A DNA stretch of 41,138 nucleotides, taken from Dysgonamonadaceae bacterium (GTDB lineage: Bacteria; Bacteroidota; Bacteroidia; Bacteroidales; Dysgonomonadaceae). Below, one piece after another: positions 9,660-18,309 of the stretch. The stretch's first letter is position 1, and each line of letters starts with the position of its first letter. A model generated the notes under the pieces. It saw nothing but the letters and a program-made list of their open reading frames with translations. It had not been told where the DNA came from and searched no databases. The stretch spans positions 1-41,138 of the forward strand of contig DATERO010000280.1 of NCBI GenBank assembly GCA_035271465.1. The letters run 5' to 3'. The position numbers and the translations under genes were made by a program.

Positions 9660-12092
9660 ATGCATAAGAATTTGGTGATTGTGGAGTCGCCTGCAAAGGC
9701 AAAAACCATAGAGAAGTTTTTAGGAAAAGATTTTCATGTTATGTCAAGTTACGGACATATCCGTGATTTAAAGAAAAAAGATTTTGGCATTGATATTGAA
9801 AATGGTTTTACACCAGTTTATGAAGTTCCAGATGATAAGAAAAAAGTTGTTTCCGAACTTAAATCTGCAGCAAAAAAAGCTGAAATAGTATGGCTAGCAT
9901 CGGATGAGGACCGTGAAGGAGAAGCTATTTCTTGGCACTTATATAAAGTACTTGATTTGGATGAAAAGAAAACAAGACGCATTGTTTTTCATGAAATAAC
10001 CAAATCCGCTATTCTAAAAGCTATTGAAAATCCTCGCCCAATAGATATAAACTTAGTTGACGCACAACAAGCACGTCGCGTATTAGACCGAATAGTTGGT
10101 TTTGAACTCTCTCCTGTTTTATGGAGAAAAATTAAACCTGCTTTGTCAGCAGGTCGAGTTCAATCTGTAGCTGTTAGACTTATCGTTGAGCGTGAACGTG
10201 AGATAAGAGATTTTGAATCAGTTGCTGCTTACCGTATTATTGCAGTATTTACAAAAGAGGAAGACGGGCATACATATGAGCTAAAAGCAGAGTACAACAA
10301 ACGATTAAAATCAAAAGAAGAAGCTCTGGACTTATTGAATAAATTGAAATCATCTTCCTTTAACGTAGCTGATGTTACAATGCGTCCAACAAAGAAAACT
10401 CCAGCAGCACCTTTCACAACTTCAACTTTGCAACAGGAAGCTTCAAGAAAGCTTGGTTTCTCCGTTGGTCAAACAATGATGGTCGCACAAAGGTTGTATG
10501 AATCAGGAAAGATTACCTATATGCGTACAGACTCTGTTAATCTATCAGGATTAGCTATTAATGCTGCAAAAACAGAAATTGAATCGCATTATGGGGACAA
10601 TTATGTGAAAATAAGAAAATACGCTACAAAATCAAAGGGTGCGCAAGAAGCACACGAGGCCATTCGCCCTACTTTTATGAATGCTCATGAAGTAAGCGGA
10701 ACTGCACAAGAAAAAAAGCTATACAACCTAATTTGGAAAAGAGCTGTTGCTTCGCAAATGGCCGATGCACAATTAGAAAGAACAACCGTCAACATCAGCC
10801 CATCTGAAGCAGAAGGTAGATTTACAGCATCTGGTGAAGTAATCAAGTTTGATGGTTTCTTACGTGTCTATCTTGAAGGAACAGATGATGAAGACACAGA
10901 GAAAGAATCAGCAGGATTACTACCTCCGATAAAAGAAGGCGAGACACTCACAATGCAGGAAACAACAGCTACTGAACGATATACATTAAAGCCACCGCGT
11001 TATACTGAAGCTGCTTTGGTTCGTAAATTGGAAGAGCTTGGTATTGGTCGTCCTTCTACTTATGCACCAACAATTTCAACAATACAAAATCGCGGCTATG
11101 TTGAAAAAGGTAATGTAGAAGGTGTTGAAAGAGCATACAATGTAATTACACTTTCAAACAATAAGATAAAAGACGCTACAAAAAAAGAAATTGCTGGTGC
11201 TGATAAGAACAAGCTTATTCCTACTGATACAGGAATAGTAGTGAATGACTTCTTAGTAGAATATTTTTCTTCTGTCTTAGATTATAACTTCACTGCAAAA
11301 GTTGAAAAGAACTTCGATAAGGTAGCGGAAGGTGAGACTGAATGGAAGAAGTTGATTGAAGAGTTTTATAATGTATTTCATCCAAAAGTGGAGGAAATTA
11401 TAAACATGAAAACTGAACATAGAGCAGGTGAACGTGTATTAGGCACCGACCCTAAAACAGGCAGACAGCTCTCAGTTAAAATTGGACGATACGGACCTTT
11501 AGCACAGATTGGCGAAAAGGAGGAGGAGGAGAAACCTCTGTTTTCAGCGCTGAGAAAAAATCAATCCATCGAAACAATTACTTTTGAAGAAGCAATGAAG
11601 TTATTCGATTTACCACGAACTGTTGGTGAATATAAAGAGAAAGAAATGATTGCGAATGTGGGGCGCTTCGGTCCATATATTAGATACGATGGTAAGTTCT
11701 ATTCATTACCAAAAGAACTTGACCCATATGAAGTAAAAGCGGATGAAGCAATAATTGTTATTGAGGAAAAGATAAAAAAAGATAAAGAAAAGATCATTCA
11801 AACTTTCGAGGAAGAACCAGGGTTGATTGTACAGCATGGTAGATATGGTCCTTATATCTCTTTTGAAAAGAAGAACTACAAGATTCCAAAAGGTGCAAAA
11901 CCTGAGGAGTTATCATTGGAAGATGTGAGAAAGATTATCAACGAAACCGAACCATCAAAGTCAAGAACAAGAGCTACTACTAAAGCAAAGCCCAAAACGA
12001 CGAAAAAAACTGCCTCAAAGAGCAAGACAAAGAAAACTAAAGCCACAACTTCTAAATCAAAATCGAATACAACAAAAAAAGATAAAAAGTAA
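9660..12092 (+). CDS. topA: DNA topoisomerase I
   Basis: Toprim motifs LVIVESPAKAKTIEKFLG and DEDREGE, and active-site Tyr context ITYMRTDS. Three Cys-less C-terminal repeats (GRYGPL, GRFGPYIRY, GRYGPYISF) are followed by a Lys/Thr/Ser-rich basic tail. Confidence 0.95.
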   Translation: MHKNLVIVESPAKAKTIEKFLGKDFHVMSSYGHIRDLKKKDFGIDIENGFTPVYEVPDDKKKVVSELKSAAKKAEIVWLASDEDREGEAISWHLYKVLDLDEKKTRRIVFHEITKSAILKAIENPRPIDINLVDAQQARRVLDRIVGFELSPVLWRKIKPALSAGRVQSVAVRLIVEREREIRDFESVAAYRIIAVFTKEEDGHTYELKAEYNKRLKSKEEALDLLNKLKSSSFNVADVTMRPTKKTPAAPFTTSTLQQEASRKLGFSVGQTMMVAQRLYESGKITYMRTDSVNLSGLAINAAKTEIESHYGDNYVKIRKYATKSKGAQEAHEAIRPTFMNAHEVSGTAQEKKLYNLIWKRAVASQMADAQLERTTVNISPSEAEGRFTASGEVIKFDGFLRVYLEGTDDEDTEKESAGLLPPIKEGETLTMQETTATERYTLKPPRYTEAALVRKLEELGIGRPSTYAPTISTIQNRGYVEKGNVEGVERAYNVITLSNNKIKDATKKEIAGADKNKLIPTDTGIVVNDFLVEYFSSVLDYNFTAKVEKNFDKVAEGETEWKKLIEEFYNVFHPKVEEIINMKTEHRAGERVLGTDPKTGRQLSVKIGRYGPLAQIGEKEEEEKPLFSALRKNQSIETITFEEAMKLFDLPRTVGEYKEKEMIANVGRFGPYIRYDGKFYSLPKELDPYEVKADEAIIVIEEKIKKDKEKIIQTFEEEPGLIVQHGRYGPYISFEKKNYKIPKGAKPEELSLEDVRKIINETEPSKSRTRATTKAKPKTTKKTASKSKTKKTKATTSKSKSNTTKKDKK

Positions 12093-12138
12093 ATAACAAT
12101 CAACTTTAAGTTCGATTCGATATTTAATTAAATAAAAA

Positions 12139-12170
12139 AGTTCAGAGTTTGGCAACTCTGAACTTTTGTT
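12139..12170 (+). terminator. Rho-independent terminator after topA
   Basis: agttcagagtt-tggc-aactctgaact followed by tttgtt. Confidence 0.7.
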
Positions 12171-12238
12171 CATTAATAATGTTTTATATATGAAGAGTGT
12201 ATCCAAATTTCCCTATCTAACCTTCAAGCACAAAAACT

Positions 12239-12472
12239 ATGAGTAAACTATTAAATATGTGTAAAGCTATATGTGTAACGTTTATATCCCTCTTATCCAC
12301 TAAAATTGCTTCCGCACAAGATATACTCAACAATACAGATGTTGATATTATAACTACAGAGTTTAATGATAATCCATTCTATGCTCAACTATGGTTTTGG
12401 ATTGTTATAGGATTAGTGTTTCTTCTTATCTTGATAGCTTTATTACGTGGTGGAGGTAAAAAAAAGGATTAA
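12239..12472 (+). CDS. Small hypothetical membrane-anchored protein
   Basis: N-terminal signal-like segment ending ASAQ, one C-terminal TM helix (LWFWIVIGLVFLLILIALL) and a basic tail. No recognisable family. Confidence 0.35.
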   Translation: MSKLLNMCKAICVTFISLLSTKIASAQDILNNTDVDIITTEFNDNPFYAQLWFWIVIGLVFLLILIALLRGGGKKKD

Positions 12473-12578
12473 CGATAAGAAAGATAATAATTACATGCAT
12501 TGATTATAATTAAATGTAATATTCATACTAGATCTAAACCAAATATTAATACGAGTATACTCCTAAAGATCTTTTATT

Positions 12579-13136
12579 TTAGTAGAGTAAGAAACCCGCC
12601 AACCCTGCAAGTGCAATCAATAGAATAGGATCAACTTTTTTGACAGATGCAAGAAAGACAACTCCAAAGATAGCCCAGCTCTTATAGTCAATAAAATTAA
12701 ATCCATTTATCAACATAATACCAGCAGCTGCAATTAAACCAATTACTGCTGGTTTAATTCCAAACAAGGCTGCACGTACATACCTATTTTCATTAAATTT
12801 AAAAAAGAATGCAACTACTAATGTCATAATACCAAAAGAAGGTAGACTGACCGCAAGAGTACAAATTGCTGCACCAAATATACTTGCTAATGTCGAATGG
12901 CCGCCACTGTTCACTGCTTTGTAACCAATAAATGTAGCAGAATTAAATGAAATAGGTCCAGGTGTGGTTTGAGAGATAGCAACAATATCAGTGAATTCAC
13001 TTACAGTAATCCACTCGTTTGACACTACTACTTCCTGCTGAATAAGTGGCAACATTGCATACCCGCCACCAAAACCAAATAACCCAATCTTAAAGAATGA
13101 GAAAAACATAGAGAGATATAGTTGAAACAGCAGCAT
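12579..13136 (-). CDS. chrA: Chromate ion transporter (CHR) family protein, short-chain half 2
   Basis: FKIGLFGFGGGYAMLPLIQ motif of the CHR family at about 185 aa. Its start overlaps the stop of the upstream paralogue. Confidence 0.85.
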   Translation of the reverse strand: MLLFQLYLSMFFSFFKIGLFGFGGGYAMLPLIQQEVVVSNEWITVSEFTDIVAISQTTPGPISFNSATFIGYKAVNSGGHSTLASIFGAAICTLAVSLPSFGIMTLVVAFFFKFNENRYVRAALFGIKPAVIGLIAAAGIMLINGFNFIDYKSWAIFGVVFLASVKKVDPILLIALAGLAGFLLY

Positions 13137-13137
13137 T

Positions 13138-13689
13138 TTATCTATTAATTACTTTTTTAATAAACATATGATATAGAATACCCAAAGCAATTCCCAACAC
13201 TATAATTAAGATGGGGGAAACATGAAATAGTCCAACAACTAATGCTACTCCTATAGGAATCCAAAGTGTTTTCAATGTAATATCTGCATTTTTCCCCATT
13301 CTCAACAACGGTGCAAATATAAGAGCAACCACAGCAGGACGGATCCCTTTGAAAACAGCTTCAACTACATCATTTTCACGAAACTGTGTGAAAACAATAA
13401 CCAATAAAAGAATAGTTACAAAAGAAGGAAGAATTATTCCGAGACTTGAAAAGATACTGCCTTTTACGCCTTTGTGTTTGTTGCCTACAAAAATAGCTGT
13501 GTTCAGAGCAATCGGGCCAGGCATTGATTGAGCTATAGCAAGCATATCAATAAACTCTTTGTCATCTAGCCATTTTTTTTTATCTACCACTGCATCTTGA
13601 ATTAGTGGTAGCATTGCATAACCTCCACCAAATGTGAAAGCACCAATTTTAAAAAACACCAAAAACAACTCCCAATAACTCTTTTTCAT
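13138..13689 (-). CDS. chrA: Chromate ion transporter (CHR) family protein, short-chain half 1
   Basis: FKIGAFTFGGGYAMLPLIQ motif. I chose start ATG 13689 (MKKSYWELF...) because the 13755 start would translate through a terminator hairpin and U-run, and it gives an N-terminal length matching the paralogue. Confidence 0.85.
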   Translation of the reverse strand: MKKSYWELFLVFFKIGAFTFGGGYAMLPLIQDAVVDKKKWLDDKEFIDMLAIAQSMPGPIALNTAIFVGNKHKGVKGSIFSSLGIILPSFVTILLLVIVFTQFRENDVVEAVFKGIRPAVVALIFAPLLRMGKNADITLKTLWIPIGVALVVGLFHVSPILIIVLGIALGILYHMFIKKVINR

Positions 13690-13710
13690 CTTTTCAGCTA
13701 TATAAATGCA

Positions 13711-13763
13711 ATTAAAAAAGAAAAAAGCAGACTGCATCAAATTAATTAATTGCAAATCTGCTT
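13711..13763 (-). terminator. Intrinsic terminator/attenuator in the chrA leader
   Basis: Minus strand reads AAGCAGA...UCUGCUU (plus an inner UGCA pairing) followed by UUUUCUUUUUU. It sits between the structured leader and the start codon at 13689. Confidence 0.6.
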
Positions 13764-13776
13764 CTTTTATATTAAA

Positions 13777-13953
13777 GCCGCACCGGTGGAATAAGACGAA
13801 ACTCCTGTAGACAGGATTTGAGTGCCTCGCTGCCTCTGTAATTCGCTGTGCATTAAAAATGCATATCCCGCAGGATGCGACCCGCCATTAGCAACAAAAA
13901 CTTTACTCGTTTCATAGATGTAATTGATGAGTTTCCCAATCGACCAATGCGGC
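13777..13953 (-). promoter_or_regulatory. Candidate cis-regulatory structured RNA (riboswitch-like leader) of unassigned class
   Basis: Locally GC-enriched 177 nt. Minus-strand ends form a 10-bp closing helix GCCGCAUUGG/CCGGUGCGGC. A second helix is GAAACUC/GAGUUUC. Internal hairpins are AUCC(UGCG)GGAU, closed by a cUNCGg tetraloop, and UGCAUU(UUU)AAUGCA. A -7 box lies upstream and a terminator downstream. Confidence 0.5.
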
Positions 13954-13978
13954 AAAATTGTTCCCTTTAATTACATAT

Positions 13979-13986
13979 CAAAAGTA
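13979..13986 (-). promoter_or_regulatory. Bacteroidota-type -7 promoter box for the chrA leader
   Basis: The minus strand reads TACTTTTG, about 25 nt upstream of the first base of the closing helix. Confidence 0.35.
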
Positions 13987-14320
13987 ACAAAACATTTCCA
14001 CACTTCCAAACATAATGATGTTAAAAGTCAGCCATCAATCACATATATGCGCACTACTTCAGTGTTTGACCAGTAAATTACACGATATCTCATAGCCTTT
14101 GATATAATTTCATTATCAGTAAATTATTCGCTAATTCGTTGATTTGATATTTATAATAAAAGGCGATGTTAATCATGATATTTTCATACAAATACTAAAA
14201 AGATAATCATGTGTTGTAAATCCTATTCTTTGTTAGTTTAAAATATAGATTATCTTACTCAAAATCTTATTCAAAGCCATTTTAAACGCTATTTAATCGT
14301 GCCATTTGAAATTTTATTCC

Positions 14321-14328
14321 TAAATTTG
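14321..14328 (+). promoter_or_regulatory. Bacteroidota-type -7 promoter box for TetR-fabG
   Basis: TAAATTTG matches TAnnTTTG and lies 27 nt upstream of ATG 14355. Confidence 0.4.
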
Positions 14329-14351
14329 CACATTAATCATCTAAATGTGCA
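14327..14351. promoter_or_regulatory. Inverted repeat, candidate TetR autoregulatory operator
   Basis: TGCACATT-N9-AATGTGCA overlaps the -7 box and ends 3 nt before the TetR start codon. Confidence 0.45.
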
Positions 14352-14354
14352 TCT

Positions 14355-14939
14355 ATGTCGTCAATTAAAACCAGAGAAATGTTCATGGAAAAAGCCAGGC
14401 AGCTTTTTGCTAAATCGGGCTTTGAAAATACCACCATGAACGATATCGCAGAAGCTTCTCAAAAAGGACGTCGTACATTATATACGTATTTTAGCAATAA
14501 AAAGGAAATTTACAACGCCGTTATTGAGTCTGAGCTGGAAGCCCTATATGTTCAATTGCAAAAAACAGTAGACAGGGAAACTACTGCCACCGATAAGTTA
14601 CTCCTGTTTTTCATTACCCGTCTGGAGATCATCAAAGAAGTTGTTACTAGAAATGGTACACTCAGAGGTGATTTTTTTCGAGATATTTTCCGTGTTGAAA
14701 ATGTTAGAAAAACATTCGATAGGAAAGAAATCAGTTTCTTGAAAATGATTTTAGATGAAGGTATTGAATCCAATGAGTTTGAGATGGTTGATAGTATGCA
14801 AACTGCTCGCATTCTTCACTTTGCTCTAAAAGGATTAGAGGTTCCATATATAAGAGGTGTAATGACTCACGATCCTAAAGACTCAATAGATCGCACAACC
14901 GTTGCAAATTTAATATTCAAAGGAATTTTAAAAAAGTAA
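14355..14939 (+). CDS. TetR/AcrR family transcriptional regulator
   Basis: N-terminal HTH FENTTMNDIAEASQKGRRTLYTYF. Size and helical C-terminal domain are typical of TetR. Confidence 0.9.
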   Translation: MSSIKTREMFMEKARQLFAKSGFENTTMNDIAEASQKGRRTLYTYFSNKKEIYNAVIESELEALYVQLQKTVDRETTATDKLLLFFITRLEIIKEVVTRNGTLRGDFFRDIFRVENVRKTFDRKEISFLKMILDEGIESNEFEMVDSMQTARILHFALKGLEVPYIRGVMTHDPKDSIDRTTVANLIFKGILKK

Positions 14940-14974
14940 ATATTTTTTCAAAGTCATTTTAACAAAAGAATAAT

Positions 14975-15721
14975 ATGAAACTATTAGAAGGAAAAACTGC
15001 AATTGTTACTGGTGCTGGTCGCGGTATTGGAAAAGCAATTGCATTGCGTTTTGCGGAAGAAGGTGCAAATATTGCATTCACTGATCTTTCAATTGATGAA
15101 AATGTAAAAGCAACAGAAAAAGAGATTGCAGCATTAGGCGTAAAAGTGAAAGGTTATGCTTCCAATGCAGCAAGCTTTGATGATACCCACAAAGTAATTG
15201 AGCAAATAAAAGAAGATTTTGGTATAATTGATATTCTTGTAAATAATGCAGGCATCACTCGCGATGGCTTAATGATGCGTATGGATGAGAAACAATGGGA
15301 TATGGTAATCAATGTAAACTTGAAGTCTGCATTCAACTTTACTCATGCACTTACACCAATTATGATGCGACAAAAAAGTGGTAGTATAATTAACATGAGT
15401 TCAGTGGTTGGTGTTTCTGGAAATGCAGGTCAGGCTAACTACTCGGCCTCTAAAGCAGGAATGATTGGATTGACCAAGTCGATGGCTAAGGAGATTGGCT
15501 CGCGCAACATTCGTGTGAATGCAATTGCACCAGGCTTTATTATTACAGAGATGACTGGCGCATTGTCTGAAGAAGTCCGCAAGCAATGGGCACAACAAAT
15601 CCCTTTGCGTCGAGGTGGAACTCCTGAGGATGTTGCAAATACGGCATTATACTTAGCTTCCGACCTTTCGTCATATGTTAGTGGTCAGGTAATAAACGTT
15701 TGTGGTGGAATGAATACATGA
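14975..15721 (+). CDS. fabG: 3-oxoacyl-[ACP] reductase (SDR family)
   Basis: [12 protein letters not shown] cofactor motif, NNAGITRD, and catalytic YSASKAG. Confidence 0.85.
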   Translation: MKLLEGKTAIVTGAGRGIGKAIALRFAEEGANIAFTDLSIDENVKATEKEIAALGVKVKGYASNAASFDDTHKVIEQIKEDFGIIDILVNNAGITRDGLMMRMDEKQWDMVINVNLKSAFNFTHALTPIMMRQKSGSIINMSSVVGVSGNAGQANYSASKAGMIGLTKSMAKEIGSRNIRVNAIAPGFIITEMTGALSEEVRKQWAQQIPLRRGGTPEDVANTALYLASDLSSYVSGQVINVCGGMNT

Positions 15722-15786
15722 TATAAATTTTCACATCGATTTTGACATATTATATTACTTGCACATAATATAATATCAATACAATA

Positions 15787-15825
15787 ACAGAGTAGAGTCG
15801 TAATAAACTGCGCATCTACTTTGTT
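15787..15825. terminator. Bidirectional hairpin between fabG and a minus-strand small ORF
   Basis: acagagtag/ctactttgt stem with one mismatch. T-rich on the plus side and T-rich in the minus-strand reading as well. Confidence 0.4.
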
Positions 15826-15839
15826 GTATGTGCTAATAA

Positions 15840-15983
15840 TTATTTAGGCTTCTTTGTTTCGCTCTTCTTATCAGCAGGTTCTTTGCCTGCTGTACTTGTG
15901 TCTTTATTAATACCATCTTTAGGCGCTTTTGTGCCTTCAGTAGATTTGACAGGATTTTTTGACTTTCCTTTTCCTTTATCCAT
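15840..15983 (-). CDS. Possible 47-aa lysine-rich small protein (below the ORF-track cutoff)
   Basis: Hand translation gives MDKGKGKSKNPVKSTEGTKAPKDGINKDTSTAGKEPADKKSETKKPK*. A hairpin follows the stop. Two longer overlapping track ORFs (15833-16069 minus, 15883-16122 plus) have less protein-like composition. The coding status of all three is uncertain. Confidence 0.25.
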   Translation of the reverse strand: MDKGKGKSKNPVKSTEGTKAPKDGINKDTSTAGKEPADKKSETKKPK

Positions 15984-16207
15984 AACATTCTTTGTTTATA
16001 TTCCGCCTGTTTTTTTTCGAGTTCCTGGAAATATAACATTTCATGGATATTTTTGTTTGCTGCACACACCTACTTATTTCAACTACCAACAGTTAATTAA
16101 TACCATTTTAGGTCACTTTTGATCTAAATATTCCTCTTTATTGAGATCTGCTTTATACTCATTCCGTTTTCTTTCTACATATCAAAGACCAACTGCTTTT
16201 TTTTTAG

Positions 16208-16215
16208 TATTTTTG
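16208..16215 (+). promoter_or_regulatory. Bacteroidota-type -7 promoter box for the pta operon
   Basis: TATTTTTG lies 77 nt upstream of ATG 16292. Confidence 0.4.
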
Positions 16216-16291
16216 TAAGAATCGAATTTTAGTAACTCAAAACCTTATATAAATTCAAGGCTAATAAGAAAAAAATCAATTAAAAACCACT

Positions 16292-17317
16292 ATGAAACTA
16301 ATAGAAGGCATCATTGCCCGTGCAAAAGTGAACAAACAACGTATTGTGCTTCCTGAAAGTACAGAAGAGCGTACGTTAAGAGCTGCAGACTTACTTATCA
16401 AAGATGGAGTTGCAGAAATAATACTAATAGGCGATGAGTCAGAAATTTATGAGAAAGCGAAAAAAATAAACCTGCTGCATATTAAAGATGCAACCTTTAT
16501 AAATCCTGATAAAAACAGCAAGAAAACAGAATACGTAAACCTGCTTATTGAATTAAGAAAGCACAAAGGAATAACATCTGACAAAGCTGAACAGCTTGTG
16601 AAAGACCCATTATTTTTAGCTTGCTTAATGATTAAGAACGGAGATGCTGATGGAGAAGTTGCTGGAGCAGAAAATACTACAGGTAATGTTTTACGTCCTG
16701 CATTACAGATTGTCAAAACTTCGCCAGGAATAAAAGTTGTATCAGGAGCTTTCTTAATGTTTACATCGTTTACTGAATATGGAGACAATGGTGTGTTACT
16801 CTTTGCAGATTGTGCTGTTATGCCCAATCCCAATGCTAGGGAATTGGCACAAATAGCAATTTCATCAGCTCAAACATGGAAAGCACTCATTGGTAAAGAG
16901 CCACGCGTAGGTATGTTGAGTTACTCAACTAATGGCAGTGCAAAGCACGAAATGATAGATAAAGTGGTTGAGGCAACAAAAATAGCAAAAGAGATGAATC
17001 CAGACTTAATAATTGATGGAGAGCTTCAAGCAGATGCTGCAATTGTTCCCTCTATTGCTAATTGCAAAGCACCCAATAGTGTACTGGGAGGTAAAGCCAA
17101 TGTGTTGGTATTCCCAACGTTAGAGTCAGGGAACATTTCATATAAACTAGTTCAACGATTAGGTAATGCTGAAGCTATAGGTCCTATACTTCAAGGTATG
17201 GCTGCTCCTATAAATGATTTATCGCGGGGTTGCACTGTAGAAGATATATACCGAATGGTGGCTGTTACTGCAAACCAAGCAATTGAGAGTAAAAAGACAA
17301 ATAAAATATACAAATGA
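16292..17317 (+). CDS. pta: Phosphate acetyltransferase (short form)
   Basis: PTA_PTB-domain motifs (RIVLPE, ADGEVAGA, GPILQG), about 340 aa, and cotranscribed with ackA. Confidence 0.9.
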   Translation: MKLIEGIIARAKVNKQRIVLPESTEERTLRAADLLIKDGVAEIILIGDESEIYEKAKKINLLHIKDATFINPDKNSKKTEYVNLLIELRKHKGITSDKAEQLVKDPLFLACLMIKNGDADGEVAGAENTTGNVLRPALQIVKTSPGIKVVSGAFLMFTSFTEYGDNGVLLFADCAVMPNPNARELAQIAISSAQTWKALIGKEPRVGMLSYSTNGSAKHEMIDKVVEATKIAKEMNPDLIIDGELQADAAIVPSIANCKAPNSVLGGKANVLVFPTLESGNISYKLVQRLGNAEAIGPILQGMAAPINDLSRGCTVEDIYRMVAVTANQAIESKKTNKIYK

Positions 17318-18288
17318 GTGAATTAATTATAGAACCACTTGAGCAATTTGGCCTAAGTCTTACAGCAAAAGACACCAAACGGTCTTTGTTTTCAAAGATT
17401 GGTGTAGTGGGTTGCGGAAAAGAAGGACGCAACATTGTAAATTTAACTGCATCTGCTGGATTAGATGTAGTTTTTATGGAGGAGTCTGAAGAACGAATCG
17501 AGTATGTTATGAACACACTCAACGACAACTTAGATACCAAAGTTGAAAACTGGGGTTTAACTCAGGCAGAAAAAAGAGGCATTATGAATCGCATTCAACC
17601 TACTTTGTCTTATGATGATTTTGTGGGTTGTGACTTTGTTGTCGAATGCACTCGTTTTTCAGAAACTGGGAGAAGAAGCACGCAGTTAAGAAAAAATATT
17701 TTCAAGAAATTGGAAGAGGTGCTCGAACCCGATGCAATTATAGCAACTAATGGTTCAACTGTTATTATAAGTGAGTTGGCAGCAGAGCTTGAACATAGAG
17801 AGCGTTGCGTTAGTCTCTATTTTCCAGTTTCTCATTCTGGCGCAAACGTGCTAGAAATCGTAAGCGGAATGTACACATCTGAGGAAACCTATAATAGAAT
17901 AGTACTTTTCGCTAAGCTTATCAACTATATACCTCACAAAATATATGAAAGTAATGGCAATATCAGTCTTCGTGTATTAACAATAATGTTAAATGAAGCG
18001 TGCCAAATACTGATGGAAGGAGTTTCTACTCTCGAGAATATTGATAGAACCTTTACTGTAATTTACGGACAGAGATTCGGCATATTTAGATTAGCTGATA
18101 TTGTAGGCATTGAGCGTATTGTATCACTTATGGAAACGATGTTTAATGACTACGGCGATAAAAAGTACAAACCTAATCCTATTTTGTGGAAACTATATCG
18201 CACCAACCAGTTGGGTATCCGTACTGGAAAAGGTTTTTACCTTTACGAAAATGACATGACCATTGGAATTAACACAGCAGTTTTTTAG
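17314..18288 (+). CDS. Divergent 3-hydroxyacyl-CoA dehydrogenase-fold protein
   Basis: Rossmann start IGVVGCGKEGRNI, and C-terminal 3HCDH-like region ending TGKGFYLY. Its ATGA start overlaps the pta stop. Confidence 0.75.
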   Translation: MSELIIEPLEQFGLSLTAKDTKRSLFSKIGVVGCGKEGRNIVNLTASAGLDVVFMEESEERIEYVMNTLNDNLDTKVENWGLTQAEKRGIMNRIQPTLSYDDFVGCDFVVECTRFSETGRRSTQLRKNIFKKLEEVLEPDAIIATNGSTVIISELAAELEHRERCVSLYFPVSHSGANVLEIVSGMYTSEETYNRIVLFAKLINYIPHKIYESNGNISLRVLTIMLNEACQILMEGVSTLENIDRTFTVIYGQRFGIFRLADIVGIERIVSLMETMFNDYGDKKYKPNPILWKLYRTNQLGIRTGKGFYLYENDMTIGINTAVF

Positions 18289-18309
18289 ACTGAAATAAAA
18301 AGAATCAAA

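Noticed and set aside
13690-13755. Upstream ATG for the first chrA half
   Set aside because: The extra 22 codons are encoded by the terminator hairpin and U-run, and the paralogue's N-terminal length supports ATG 13689.
13767-13955. 62-aa minus-strand ORF upstream of chrA
   Set aside because: It overlaps the helix-rich leader element exactly, has no protein-like features, and is followed by a terminator rather than coupled to chrA. I treat it as RNA, although translation has not been excluded.
15833-16122. Overlapping 78-aa (minus) and 79-aa (plus) ORFs
   Set aside because: They are mutually exclusive and both low-complexity with no motifs. The plus-strand one would converge on nothing and lacks a promoter box. 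Only the shorter Lys-rich frame was kept, as a low-confidence candidate.
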